From positions 1,240,001-1,304,000 of the forward strand of contig NW_025964113.1 in the NCBI RefSeq assembly GCF_023055435.1: a stretch of 64,000 nucleotides of DNA. The letters are read 5' to 3'. The notes below the pieces were generated by a model. It made no database searches. It was not told where the DNA came from and was given only the letters and a program-made list of their open reading frames with translations. The position numbers and the translations under genes are program-made. Source of the DNA: Haliotis rufescens (taxonomy: Eukaryota). Below, piece after piece: positions 14,701 through 28,030 of this stretch. Within the stretch, counting starts at the first letter, position 1; each line of letters opens with the position of its first letter.

Positions 14701-17700
14701 TTTCTAGGTTTGTCAGCACAATACCTGTGCATGTGGGTTTCACCAAAGTAGTAAAGGACTGAGACCTGCATCAAACTGATATAACTGGAATACTGTTCAA
14801 AGCTGTGTATATCCCATCACTCACTCACTCACTCAATCACATGGGTAGAATGTGTGAAGCCCTGTTGTTGAAGCCATTGCTTGTTTTGTTTAAGACACAG
14901 GGTCATTCCCCACATGGGTAGAATGTGTAAAATCGAGTCCCCGTTATATTGCTTGAAACATGAAAAAGCTCTCACTGATATTTACCATCTATACCTGTTT
15001 CCTTCATTGCAATAAAGCCTGAATGATCACTTCTGACCTTTGCAGCCATATTTGGTCAGAACCTGGAGGAAGCGATGAAGTTCACCCACAGTGAGGGGAA
15101 GAAGATCCCAGCCATCATAGAGAAGTGTGTTGAGTTCCTCTACGCTAATGGACTGGAAGTCGAGGGAATCTTCAGGTGGGATTTCTAGGCAGCTAGGTCT
15201 CATTTCACAATTTGATGGCTTGATCTTGTTTTCATTCTGCTAGTCTAGTTGGTAAAGTGTTTGTTCACCAAATGTCTGGGTTTGATTTCCCACTTTTGGT
15301 GCAATTCTGGTGTCACCCACTGTGATATTACTGAAGAAGAAGTAGAAAGCTAATGAATATTTTGCAAGATTGTACTCAGCAAGTGATGCCATCAGCTATG
15401 TAGATAATATTTAGGGGTGTTTTCCAGAAATCAAGTTGGACTGGTGCTTTGAGGTTCACTTTAGAAGAAAAAAACCCACTGCTCCCATGGTGGTGCTCAT
15501 ACTGATTGATTAATTGATTTAGAAATTTATAATTTTTAAACTTATCCTATCTCATACTATGCATTTCTTTCTTTTTCTTTCGATCCTTGTGTGGAAACGT
15601 GTTAAAAAAAAGTTTCCATGAACTAAAAGCATTTCGCTTGAACACATCCCAGCATCACTATAATCACCATATCCCAGTATCACTATAATCACCATATCCC
15701 GGCATCACTATAATCACCATATCCCAGTATCACTATAATCACCATATCCCAGTATCACTATAATCACCATTTCCCAGCATCACCATAATCACCATATCCC
15801 AGCATCACTATAATCACCATATCCCAGCATCACCATAATCACCATATCCAAGCATCACTATAATCACCATATCCCAGCATCACTATAATCACCATATCCC
15901 AGCATCACTATTATCACCATATCCCAGCATCACTATTATCACCATATCCCATCATCACTATAATCACCATATCCCAGCATCACTATAATCACCATATCCC
16001 AGCATCACTATAATAACCATATCCCAGCATCACTATAATCACCATATCCCAGCATCACTATAATCACCATATCCCAGCATCACCATAATCACCATATCCC
16101 AGCATCACTATAATCACCATATCCCAGCATCACTATAATCACCATATCCCAGCATCACTATTATCACCATATCCCAGCATCACTATTATCACCATATCCC
16201 AGCATCACTATAATCGTGTGCATTTTGACCTTACATGACTTGATCAGCTGACTACTCCTGTGACATCATTCTCTTTCTCGTCGCTACCGTGTGGGGCATG
16301 TACTGAGTACTAGAGAATACATTTGTTTTGTGTGTGAAAGCTCCCTCTGCAATCTTGTTAACATCTATGGCATTATTTGAAAAAGAGAATGGAACAGATC
16401 ATGAGAAATGCCCGACCTGTAGAAATTGCAGACATACTTATTCCTCAGCCGATACACATGATCTCTGTTGTGACTGTCGCAGCCTTTGCAAGCCGGACTA
16501 CAGATGTTTACATGTTCTCAGCTCACAGAGGAAGCTTTTCACACATATTTACGTAAATGTCAGAAATGTAATGTTGACCAGTGAACTTAATCCAGGGATG
16601 CTGGACATGGACCTTCCACTGCCAAGAAACCCAACCGTGTAACCAAGCCAGTGGTGCCCTCTACTGTAGCGGTTGTTGAGCCACCTCCCGCATCTACTTC
16701 ACTATCAGTAGAAGATGATGGTGTTTCTGGCAGCTTCTTACGTGAAATATTCCCACCAAAATGAATTGGTCACCTGTCCCCCGTGCACCCGTTACCATGC
16801 CTACGTTGGTTCGGCCTGCAGCACTTCAAAGAACCACAGAAGAAAGAGTGCCATCGACCTGAGGTTAACCCATCATAGTGTCAAAAAACTATTCCTTTCG
16901 TGGCAGAGGTTGCGACCGAGACCCTTGTAGGCAGAAGTTTTCTTGCAGACAACTGGACCAAACTGGGTGACACCTTCGTCACTCAACTCCTCAAGATTGG
17001 GTATAGATTGCCATTGACAGGGACTCCTCCAACCAGGTCCATTCCCCATCAGAGAGAGTACCCAGACAGCCACCTTCAGGCTCTGCAAGACTCAATCAGT
17101 AGGTTGACCTCCAAACAGGCTGTAGATTTTCTAGGTCCCAGCCCAGGTACCCCAGGGTTTTACTTGCCGATTTTTCTGGTTCTGAAGACAGCAACAAACT
17201 GTCCATGAGCTTCAATCTGAAAATGTTCTACACACCGTACCGCGAAGATCCCCCACATTTTAGCATGACATCCATCGTGCTACTCCAAACAGCCAGGAGA
17301 CTACATGGTCAGTCTAGATTTGCAAGACGAATATCTACACGTACCCATCCATCGGGAGCACTGTCATTACAAGCGGTTCATTTTCCAAGGCCTCCACTAC
17401 CAATGGAAGTTGCTCCCGTTTGGAATTTATTTGGCCCAGTACCTTTTTACTGTATTACGAAGCCAATCACAAAGTTCCTGCATGTTTGGGGGATAGTCTT
17501 CGAGGTGTATCTCAAAAACTGCATTCAAACCGATGCAGATTTAGACACCCTCGGGAAGCACCAAGATTTCTATTCATCAACTAGGTTGGCTCATCAACGT
17601 CATGAAGTCCAGGACGACTCCCACTTGATGTCTGCAGTTCATCAGGGCTCTGTTCGACATCAAGCAGGGCATGATGTTTGTTCCCCCAGACAGATGATAG

Positions 17701-20700
17701 AAGATACAACATTCAGTGGCGTTGGCACTCAGACAGCTGCTGCCTCTACGCCAATGGCAACAGCTGCTAGGTCTTCTGACAGAGGGGTCAACACCAGCTA
17801 CGACTGATCCAATGTTTCTTATAGCTCTTCCTCCAGGATGACAACTGCTGGGTTCTGATCAACTTCCCGGAATCACTACATCAGGATCTTCAGTGGTAGC
17901 TAATGAGTTGAATGTCTGGACCAGAATCTCTTTGTAGCCCTTCAACCCAACTCTATACTAATTCGTCGACGCCTCCCTATCCTGACCTGCCCAACCTTCA
18001 CCAATGGAATGGTGTGTCCATTCGATGACTTTGGGGGGGGGGTTTGCCACCACTACCCAAGACAAGATGCCGACCACTTCTCAACCAGGTTCAGCGGTAG
18101 GCTCCCAAGTTTCGTCTCTCCTATCCCAGATCCTCAGGCGTGGGACCACGACGCTCTGGCCATCTCATGGGAGAACCTAACCTCCTACACCTTTCACCTG
18201 ACAAGCCTCCTACCTCAGGTACTTCAAAAGGCAGTGATCACACACTTAACTTCGGCTGCTATTGGTGGCACCCTACTGGCCAGCTTGATGTTGGTTCACA
18301 GGAAGAAAGTTCAACTATCTTCTGCTGAGGGACTCTTCTACTCCAGCCTCACTCACTCCTGCTGCACCCGTCAACTGAAACCCTCCATCTTTGCATATGG
18401 CTCATCTCGAGGAGTCACTTGTCACCAAAGGATATTCAAAAAGAGTAGCCAAGACCATCACTGAAGCTCACCACAACTCCACCAAGGCCTTATATGATGA
18501 TAAGTGGAAGGAATGTTAAGGTTACTGTCGGGCTTGTGACATCACCACACTGACTACTGATTCTCCTCAACAGGTTGCAGAATATCTACAGCATCTGAGA
18601 TTGACTCAGAAACTTAAGGTCTCCACTTTGGCAACACATCAACTGGGAACAACTCTGTCATTGCCACAAAAAACGGATCGAAGATCTCCATGGTTGCTGA
18701 GCTACAATCTCTCATTCGGTCCTTCAAGTTTGCTGACCAATCGTCTCAATTCCGTCCTCCTACTTGGGAACCCTACTTGTCATCCTCCATCATGTAACAC
18801 TGCGGATTATGAATAACAAGCACTTTTAGTTGATCACCCTAAAGTCGTTTTTTTCTCCTGGCCCTTGCAACTGCTGCTACAGTGAGTTCAATCCATTTCA
18901 ACAGAGTCTAGTTTGAGTGACTACACAATGGGAAGATCTGTCTTGGGCTTTGATGAGACTTCATCACAAAGAATCAACTTCAGGGTAACCAGACAGGGTG
19001 TTTACTATCTCTTCATTGGCATCCATTTTAAACCCAGACAACCATGAAGACTTCTCCTTATATCAGGTAAAGGTTTTCTGCACCTCCCTCAAGGCTGTGA
19101 CACTGCTCAGATGTTCCTGGAAGTGACTTTCCATGGCGGACACCATGGCAGTCTTGCATATCAGTCTACGCATTTGCTGGATTGCCTTCTCCTGTGACAT
19201 CCAATCCACATTTGACTAGCCTTCCCCTCTACTATGATGGCCCTGCACAGCAACTGCACTCTGTCTGTCATCATGGAGGGTTATTGTTTTCGCTGTCCAC
19301 TATCTGATGATGTTCAGGGCCTGCACCAATTTGGTCCGTTGGTCCTGGTGCAACAGTTGATGGCTGCCATCCAGTGCAGACTGATTATACCATGTACCCA
19401 CTTCTACAGCCCAGTACTGAGGGCAAAGTGACTCATCTGTAAAGATTCCAGATTTAAACATGAAGTCTCAGCAAGGCAAGGCTGTTGTTGCAGTTTCCCA
19501 AGCCCTTAACTGCTCACCTCTGCCCTGTGCATGTGATGTCTTAGCACTGGTTTGATGATACTCTTATAGATATTGTCGATCATTCCCCCTTCTGGCATGA
19601 TTGATAGTTTTGATGAAGCTTTACAAAAGATGCCATGCTGGGTCACCTGATTTGTCCATAGATATACAAGCTGTGTAGTCAGTCGTAGTCTGTCTTGTAA
19701 AACTGACTGACTGGAGACCATTCCAGATTGGTTATAAGTCGTGGCTGAATAGGTCCCTATTCAAAGCTACACGGTCATTTGAGTAACATTTGTCCTATGT
19801 AACACATGTTATACCAAATTTCATGAGTAAAGGGGTCACATCGCCTCTTATGGTGTTTTTCCTTACTCACAAGTTCTTTTAAGACAGTGTAATAACTATT
19901 TGTTTGTTTCACTGTTGAGCCCCAGATTCCTCGTATATATCACACTATATGCCCTCCCAATCCGCTTTAAGAAAGAGCATGATATAGCAGGGGTAGTCAG
20001 GTGATCGTATCGTGTAAGGTAACAATGCACAGGATTACAGTGTGTGACCCATTTGTTTGGGTGATGCTGGGATGTGTTTGGGCAAAATGTTTTTAGAATC
20101 TGGAAAATTTGTTTTTAGCGTGTTTCCACACAAGGATTGAAAGAAGATGGAAGAAATGCATAGTGTGAGATAGGATAAGTATATAAATATACAATTTAAT
20201 GTACAATTTTCAATTTTATATATTTCTATAAAAAAATATGGAAATAGTATCAAACAGATGTTGATTCTGTCTCAGAATGATTCAGAATGCTTCCATGTCA
20301 CAGAGCCATGGTAATATGTCCTCTTCTGATCACTCTTGTTAATGTGTGTCTCTCTTTGTAGGTTACCAGGCCGTACATCCCTAATAAGAGAACTGAAAGA
20401 GAAATTTGATTGTGCTGAGGCCGTGTCCTTTGATGTGCTTCAACCCGATGTCAACAGCGTGGCCTCTTTGCTGAAGCTGTACTTCCGAGAGCTGCCCGAA
20501 TCCATCATCCCCTGTAAATTGTACCAGCGGTACATGAACCATGCGCTCAGGTTCATTGATGCCAAGAATGAAGAAACCAAGGACAAATGTGTAGCCGAAC
20601 TACAAGGTGCCATGCCCGACATGCCTAAGGACAATTACTGCATCCTGAAATACCTATGCAAATTTTTACATGACATTGGTGAAAAGAGTGACATCAACAA

Positions 20701-21694
20701 AATGACTGTAAATAACCTGGCGACGGTATTTGGTCCTAACATCATCCGACACATGGATGATAACCCAGAACTGTTCATGGTCACTGCAGACCTCACCCAG
20801 AAGCTTGCCTACATGATGATCAAGAATTTTAAAACTGTATTTACATTGGAGTACAGGGAGGATGGGAATATTAACGTGCCCGAGGCCGACCTGCTGAGGT
20901 TGTCCACATGGGATGCCAACCCAGTGCTGAGTCCTCAAGCGGCCTCCACCAAGTCTGACCATCGGTCTGCCCTGCACGATCTGAAGTCTTTGGACTTGGC
21001 ATTTGCTGATGAAGTGTTTGACCAGCTTGCCCAGAATAGTCAGTCACCAAATAGTCCTGGGAGTCCGTTTGTGTTTGTGGAAAATAAAACTGGTAGTGAG
21101 AATTATACTCTAGGTTTTGACCCGTTGAATATTCATGTTGAAAGGCGATCAAACACTCTTGGTGCACGTCCAATTCCTCCCAAACGAAAGTCTAAGATAG
21201 CTCGTGGTAGAAGAATAAGCGAAAGACGACCAGGTAGTGACAGTGAAAGCAAGTCTCAAGAAGATCCTTCCCAAAGGCTTTCAGATAGTATTAAAGAAGC
21301 CTTAGATCAAAGACATGAAACACCATGCCCGAGAGTGTACAGTAATGGCACATCATCACACATGAACAATAACACGTCTGCTAAAGTAGAAGCAGATGGC
21401 AAACTGCAGCCATCCGAGGCTCATCTGCTGGCTCAGAGTGAGGCTCTAAAGATGGAGCTGGTGAATACAAAGACCCGCTATGGGGAAACGTTGAAGAAGT
21501 TCCAGGCTGACCTGTCCGCGTTGAAAGACAGATATGAGAAAAGGATCGATACAATGGAAGCCATGATCAAATCACAAAACTCATGTCTGCAGAAGGAGAA
21601 GAAGGATCGGGCAGAGGCTGTAGAGAGAGTGGTGATTCTTCAGGCACAGTTACATGAGTATCAGATGCAGTATGGTGAGATACAGCATAAATAA
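8722..21694 (+). CDS. Rho GTPase-activating protein, PH-RhoGAP-coiled-coil architecture (ARHGAP22/24/25, FilGAP-like), about 611 aa from the first visible ATG
   Basis: Exons 8722-8977, 9867-9983, 15046-15175 and 20362-21694 join in frame through GT-AG introns of phase 1, 1 and 2 (1836 nt). PH domain (KGWLLKKGG...WHRRWFVL...ERLGWVKDL), RhoGAP domain with intact arginine finger (IFG...IPAIIEKC...EGIFRLPG, VASLLKLYFRELPE, NKMTVNNLATVFGPNI) and C-terminal coiled coil. An acceptor (ttccag) ends at 8719, so an upstream exon exists but was not located. The paralog cannot be assigned. Confidence 0.93.
10549..10836. mobile_element. hAT-type MITE, short copy
   Basis: TIR TAGGGCTGGGAC / GTCCTAGCCCTA; perfect 8-bp TSD GTATCCCC (10541-10548 and 10837-10844); internal GGGTACCCG/ACCCGA repeats. 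Confidence 0.88.
12234..12368. other. Assembly gap (N run)
   Basis: 135 N. Confidence 0.99.
14369..14644 (-). mobile_element. tRNA-derived SINE family C (about 280 bp, tRNA-Leu-like head), inserted antisense into an older family C copy
   Basis: TSD T(A/G)GGCATGCCAGA (14356-14368 and 14645-14657); the host copy continues to about 14835. Confidence 0.9.
15540..20180 (+). mobile_element. Decayed DIRS-type tyrosine-recombinase retrotransposon in RhoGAP intron 3
   Basis: Frameshifted remnants in DIRS order: Cys/His gag-like segment (DTHDLCCDC, about 16400-16500), RT (GYRLPL, GFYLPIFLV, MVSLDLQDEYLHVPI, YQWKLLPFG; 16900-17500), RNase H/MT-like segment (FVSPIPDPQAWDHDALAISW, about 18070-18250) and probable recombinase remnants downstream. 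Long imperfect inverted terminal repeats: 15540-15658 vs 20061-20180, and 16217-16267 vs 19981-20031. Confidence 0.85.
15646..16215. repeat. 25-bp minisatellite, about 23 copies (ATCCCAGCATCACTATAATCACCAT)
   Basis: Directly visible tandem array with few substitutions and no spacers. Confidence 0.97.
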
Positions 21695-22829
21695 CATGGA
21701 ATCTCTTCTCCTCAGGGGACAAACACCACACTTGCTTTGGATGTGGAGTGAAAAGGGTATCATCGGGATCAAATGGATTTCTTCAAGGGACACACAAACA
21801 TACCGATCCTTTGCCTGATAGTCCTTTGAACTCCCAGTGAACTGACTGGATCAGTTGGGGACATGTCCTGCGGTACTACCAGAGCAAGAACAGTGGAAAG
21901 TGTGGTGCTTTTACAGTTTCAGCTACAGTTGTAGGAGATGCAGCATGGAGAGATTCATCTCCATTATCACTGAATGGTCAGAGAGTTGGCCATAAACCTA
22001 ACTCACTTACTTGCTCACTTCACATGGTCTTTACCATTGATGGGTGTCTGTGTTCAAACAGCTGGTTCTGATGGAGGATTTCACAGCATTTTACAGTGAT
22101 TTCACACTATTTCACATGGTGTTTCTGAATTCATGGAGAGCCTGGTAATGCAAGATTGAATTCTGTAGTTGCAGAATTCAGCAAATTCTGTAATTCATTG
22201 CATTTGTGCCTTGAAGAAGTTGTTGCGGTGTGGCATGGAGTTGCTGGTGATGTGCTGATATAAACGTGGTGTGCATCTTGTGTCTGTTATGTAATGTCTA
22301 CTGTCCGTTACATGTTCAAAGGCAGCTGTGAGGATACGGTTAAGCTTTGGACGTCTACTCTTGCCAAATTTTTGGAGAAGGTTTGATGATTCACAACACC
22401 ATGAGTTGGAAAGCCAGAACCAATATTGTATTGAACATTCAAAGAAATATCTGAGAATAAGATTTTGTGCTGTTTGAGAAGGTTATGTGGCCGGTGTTGA
22501 CTAACAACACGTAATATGGCCATGATTTGACACTTACTTGTTGTGTGTCTATCTACATGCTACCATCCAAGTCACATATATTAATTTCTTGGTTTACTGT
22601 GGACAGCTATTCATTCTTACCGGTATTCTATCTACTCGTAAATATGTTATTGAGCCAGATAAAATTATTTCCTTGTTTTACTTTGAGCCTACCCTTATTT
22701 TTTCAAATATTAACAAACGTAATGTGCTTCATTGAAAATATAGTTCTCCTTCTTTCTATATTTTTTTCATTTTGCCTTCAGCCAAGAAACAAGAAATTTA
22801 ATTTATGATTAATAAATGTAAGTTGAGTA

Positions 22830-23158
22830 CCGTATTCGACGTAATAAGCGCCCCGCACTAATATGCGCCCACAGCAATATTTGCAAGTGAACAATCCCAA
22901 TTAGCACCCCTTCCGATTGATCAATGTACGCAAGACTTATTTGTTCGTGTATAATACGCACTCACATGTTATATGCACCCTTAATTATGGGAAATTAAAT
23001 TCTAGAAAAATATATCTGTCGTATGTAAACAGTCAGGCCGTCAGCATAAACCACAAAATTTATCTTTCAACTGTTTTTTCCACCAAAATAATATTCTAAT
23101 AAGAGCCCCCTATTTCTAATTTTGAGAGCGCCCTGGGCGCTTATTACGTCGAATACAG
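22830..23158. mobile_element. Tc1/mariner-type MITE, copy 2
   Basis: Same TIR and internal sequence as 5891-6224. Confidence 0.88.
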
Positions 23159-23614
23159 TTATATCAGTTAAAAAAAAACATCCTCAGGCTATGTTATCTG
23201 TCAAATAAGAAAATAAGATTCCAATGTAATGTAACTGTGAAAGTTAAGCAGCAAGAAAGCTAGTCACCTTGTAGTATCTGTCGTTTAGTCTCCATTATGA
23301 AGTGAACGTCAGAGTTTAATTTCAAAGTTTTACATAAAATCAGTTCTAGAAATAATCTCAAAATCTGTTATGAATGAATTTCATTATTCACATGAACAGT
23401 ACAGTTTTATCACCCTGGGGCATTAGAATGTGTTCATGATAGTCAACTTTGTAACTGTACTTAACAAATGACATGCAGCATGTTATCCTTGTCACGTGAG
23501 AATTTACAACAGTAACAGCATTTGGAATGCATGCTGGTAGAACTAGGGCGAAAACATTATTTTCCAGTATTACATACCTCATCTTACAAAATAACTTTCT
23601 TTTAATAGATTAGA

Positions 23615-23780
23615 GTGAGTGAGTGAGTTTGATTTTACGCCGCTTTTAGCAATATTCCAGCAATATCACGGCGGGGGACACCAGAAATGGGCTTCACACA
23701 TTGTACCCATGTCGGGAATCAAACCCGGGTCTTCGGCGTGATGAGTGAACGCTTTAACCACTAGGCTACCCGACCGCCCC
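23615..23780 (-). mobile_element. tRNA-derived SINE family B (about 165 bp, tRNA-Asp-like head)
   Basis: A box TAGCCTAGTGG, B box GGTTYGATTCC, (CACT)n tail, 12-bp TSD TAATAGATTAGA. Other copies at about 25714-25895, 36588-36732, 47689-47845, 49772-49855 and 56838-57004. Confidence 0.92.
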
Positions 23781-25186
23781 TAATAGATTAGAATACATAC
23801 TTGTATAAAAATCCATGGTCTCTTTCATAGACTAAGTGTTGAAGTTGCTGTTGGTTTCTGGTTGCAATAGTTGTTTCGTATCAGTCCTTTATTTCAAGTA
23901 AACATTGTGGTGATGTCCATGGTGCAGGATTTACACATGCTTTCTGCTGACTATTTCATGTGTGCCAACTGATAGAGGAATTGTTTGTTTACACGTCCAA
24001 TTTCTTTTAGAATTTTGTTTGTCTGAAAAGTGTGATTAATCAAAACATGCACACCATTATTCATAGACACACTCTACATTTGGTGAAATCCTGGTTTGGG
24101 CTGTACCAGGCACACATATTGTGATGTCCCAGTTTTAGCATTCCTGAGGACAAATATTTTCCAAGAAGCTTCTTTGCAGCAATATATTTTTCTAAGTACA
24201 ACGAGTATGTCAAAAGGTGCAATGAACTCATCAAATACTAGTAGGGACTCACACACCAAACAAGACTTGAAACATCATCTTGTAACCTATCTATATTAGT
24301 TGATCTGTGCCTTGATAAGCAGGAACATATATTTGTATTTTTGTTGACAATTATTATAGATCTTTTCATGCATGTAATCAAATATACTTTCAACTAATGA
24401 ACAGTTGTGTAGAAAACAGCATGATGAGTGATAGTGTGCCACTGTCCACTTTCCCTCTCTGTATAGGTTGCAGTGTGAAGGAATGTTTCTGACTTAAAGC
24501 CTCAGACAGAAATAACACCAACTTGCAAATTATCTATGTGACAATGGAGCATTTCTGTCTTTGATTTGTTGGATTAATTTTGAACTATATCCAAAGTTTT
24601 CCACTGAATTGTTTGCGTATGTATTGCAAAACATTGATTGTTATTATGTTTTACAAAAAAGGTTAGAGTAGCCTAGTTAATACCATATAGACCAGGGTTG
24701 ATAATGTACATGAAATCATCCTCGATAATACAGTGTATTATGTCCCTATTGTATGATAAATGCCCTGGTTTGACTCACCACCTGTAGTTTTGTATACTAA
24801 CACCATCACCATCACCATTCTTCTCATCAGAAACTTTGCACACAATCCCTCTTAGGTGTAGTTTAATTGGACGGCTATTTTAGCATTTCATATTTCGCAT
24901 TGGACACAAACCGATGCTTTGGTGCCAAATATGTCCTGTATATTTATCATAATAGAATGAAGATTTAATACACTGGATAATCAAGGTCCCTTACACAGTA
25001 TTATCAAACAGAATACTCGTCATCCGGCTCAGCTATTTGTGCTGATGACATGAACTCACTGACGAGGGATCTGCTGGGCCTGGGATTCAGTCCCTTGGAC
25101 TGAGTGAGATCCTTGGTTTGTCAGCACCGTACGTCTCCTAGTGGATTTCATCAAAACTCTACAGCTAGCATCACTACTTTCTTGCC

Positions 25187-25445
25187 GACCCGTGAAGATC
25201 CAGGGTAGAATAGGTCTTCAGCAACCCATGCTTGCCGTAAAAGGTGACTATGCTTGTCGTAAGAGGCGACTAACGGGATTGCATGGTCAGGCTTGCTGAG
25301 TTGGTTGATTCATGTCATCGATGCCAATTGAGTGGATCGATGCTCATGATGTCAGTCACTCGATTGTCCAGACTCGATTATTTACAGACCGCCGTCATAT
25401 AGCCGGAATATTGCTGAGTGTGGCGTTAAACAACAAACAAACAAA
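25187..25445 (+). mobile_element. SINE-like family A, full length, nested in an old family C copy
   Basis: 11-bp TSD ACTTTCTTGCC (25176-25186 and 25446-25456); internal 22-nt duplication variant. Confidence 0.93.
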
Positions 25446-27141
25446 ACTTTCTTGCCACGTCAAGCTGAGACACTGTAATTACTTGGATACTATTGAAAGC
25501 AGTGTTAAGCCAAACTCACTTACTCCAGTAACAGTCCCTTGATCACTCTTGCTTCTATCATCAGATGTCCGCCTCAAGCCTATAAAGGAGCACTTCAAAC
25601 GTTTGGTGTTGTATAATTATGTTAACTTCTTATGTTTTGGTATTGGGGGGTTAATAGATCTGCAAGTTTTCTGTCAGACCAAATCAATTTTCAGGGAATT
25701 TACACTGCATGTCAGGGGTCTTTGGGTAGCCTAGTCTAGCCTAGTGGTTAAAGTGTTCGCTTGTTACTTTGAAGGCTCGGTTTGATTCCCCACATGGGTA
25801 AAATGTGTGAAGCCCATTTCTGGTGTCCCCCAGCCATGATATTGCTGGAATATTGCAAAAGACGGTGTAAAACAATACTCACTCACTCACTCACTACAGT
25901 TCATGTCCAAAAAGAATAGATCTAATTATTTCACTCTGAAAATGAACAGCATTTCTGTTGTCAATATAAGAGCAACCAGAATGGAAAGGGAGTCATCAAA
26001 AAAATCTTGAAAGATCTCCGCACCCCTGTTTTTATAAATCATTGTAAATAGGATTTTCATGACAACAGATTCTCTTTGAGGATCTCAACATTTTCACAAT
26101 TACATTTTTATGAGGGGAATGTCTAAAAACTTTAAGAATTTAAAGAAATGTTATACTGCATTGAAGGTTTGAAGTACTCCCTGACAAATTGTTAGAAGTT
26201 AGCCACAATATTGTCATATTCTCTGCTGTTACACTTCACAATTCACAGACATCTCACTCACGTGCCTGGTAAATGCCAAAGAAATTCACTGTAGTTCTGC
26301 TTGACTTCTAGATATTTCTAGCATGCAAGTACATGTACATATAATCAATAGATATGAGTTTCACCAAAGTGGTAAGTGTCTGAGACCTGCATCACTTTGG
26401 GCTTCCCTCCCACATTAGGCTGACATGACATGGTATAAATGAAATACTGTTATAAGTGGCATCAAACCCAACTTAACCATTTACTTATCAGGACAAACAA
26501 ATTTGAAACACATGATGCAAACATCTCTGCAGAATATCTAAAAATCGCCTCAAATAAAATACACTTCTAGGGCCTTCTGAAATAGATATCCTCTTAATGA
26601 TTAATCAAGGACTTATGCCAGGTTTTAAATATAGTGTCGTCATATAGTGACTGTATATATACACAGACCTGCTGTTATTTCTGTCTGTACAGATCTCATT
26701 ACATATCATGTCTGTGTTGTTTGCTCAATCGATGTATCAAACTTCAGCTTCATTATTTATTCATGTTTATACACTGGGATCTGTTTCATGACATACAAAC
26801 CTCAGCTAAAGGATGCTGTGCTATTTATGATGTAATCTTGTAAACTACATTACCTTAAGAATTATTGTGACTATGATCATGTCATAGAAAAACTGATGCT
26901 TTGACTTAGGAGATCAAGAACTCAATAGTTTCAGTATCTATATTTTGTTCTAAACACAATGACATTAAAATGTAGGAAACAAGATTGGAACCTGTGAACA
27001 AGGTGGTGTTATTTGAGTATTATTTAGTCAGTATTTGGTGTTGATAGCCACACTATATCAGGGTTAGAATCTATGTCAATTTTGTCAATGTCAATCATTA
27101 AGCAAAAATTCCTGTCTCATTTAAGTCAGATATTTTACTGC

Positions 27142-27550
27142 AATACGATACCTCCGCGTGAAGATCTGAAGTCTTGTCAGGTGAATTTTGTAATCAGCCA
27201 ATCAGCATCGATGGCTTCTAAATTCTCAGTGCAAAGTGAGCAAAAATGAATATAATCAGGGAGTTCCAAATGCTAATGAATAAATCTGTGCTGTTATAAT
27301 ACCATGGCGTCTACACCTAAAAGGGTGTACTGTCAAGTGCATGTTTGTGTTCAGTGGTGCTTTTCTTTTGCTAAAATAAAAAATTTTGACTGGAGGTGGT
27401 GAAACAATGAAGTCAAATCATTTAGAATGATGTCTGATTGGTACCCATGCGTCCTTCATGTAGAATTGATGTGAAAGTTCACTCAGGGTTCACATGACTT
27501 GACTGCCTATGGGAGTGTCCTCAGATCTTGACACAGAGATGTATCGCATT
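27142..27550. mobile_element. Probable MITE with about 30-bp imperfect TIRs
   Basis: AATACGATACCTCCGCGTGAAGATCTGA resembles the reverse complement of TCAGATCTTGACACAGAGATGTATCGCATT. Confidence 0.55.
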
Positions 27551-28030
27551 ATAAAAGATCGGACTTTAATCTACATGAAAGGAATCTGTCTTTGGAGAAG
27601 CAGCGTGTTAGGCCACACTTTTTGTATTCATGGTTTATGGATCTTTTACCCACAGATTATTGCAAGGCTAAAACGTTCTTGTGTTTCAGTACCAATGGCA
27701 AGTTTAAACTTATAGTTACAGGTAGGGCATTTTTAAAATAGGTTCATAGTGCCTAAGGACACATTTAGGCGTCATATTTTTTCACAGAAAAAAATATTAT
27801 ATGAACCCAGTGATAAATGTACTATCCCAAAAGTACAAATATACATTTTGGACAGGGGATTCAATAGTTGAAAAGCGTATTATTACGCTTGGAAAGGAAG
27901 GGGAAAAACCAGCTAAGGATAAAATAGTATGGTTCTTGTGGGCACACTTGTAGGTTCCAAAGGGCACATCTACACATCTTGGTGAGTGCCCTGTGGCACA
28001 CTTAAAAGAAAATATACTTCTGTCCTTGTC

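Noticed and set aside
15646-16215. Possible CRISPR array
   Set aside because: Contiguous tandem units with no unique spacers, in eukaryotic intronic DNA with no cas genes.
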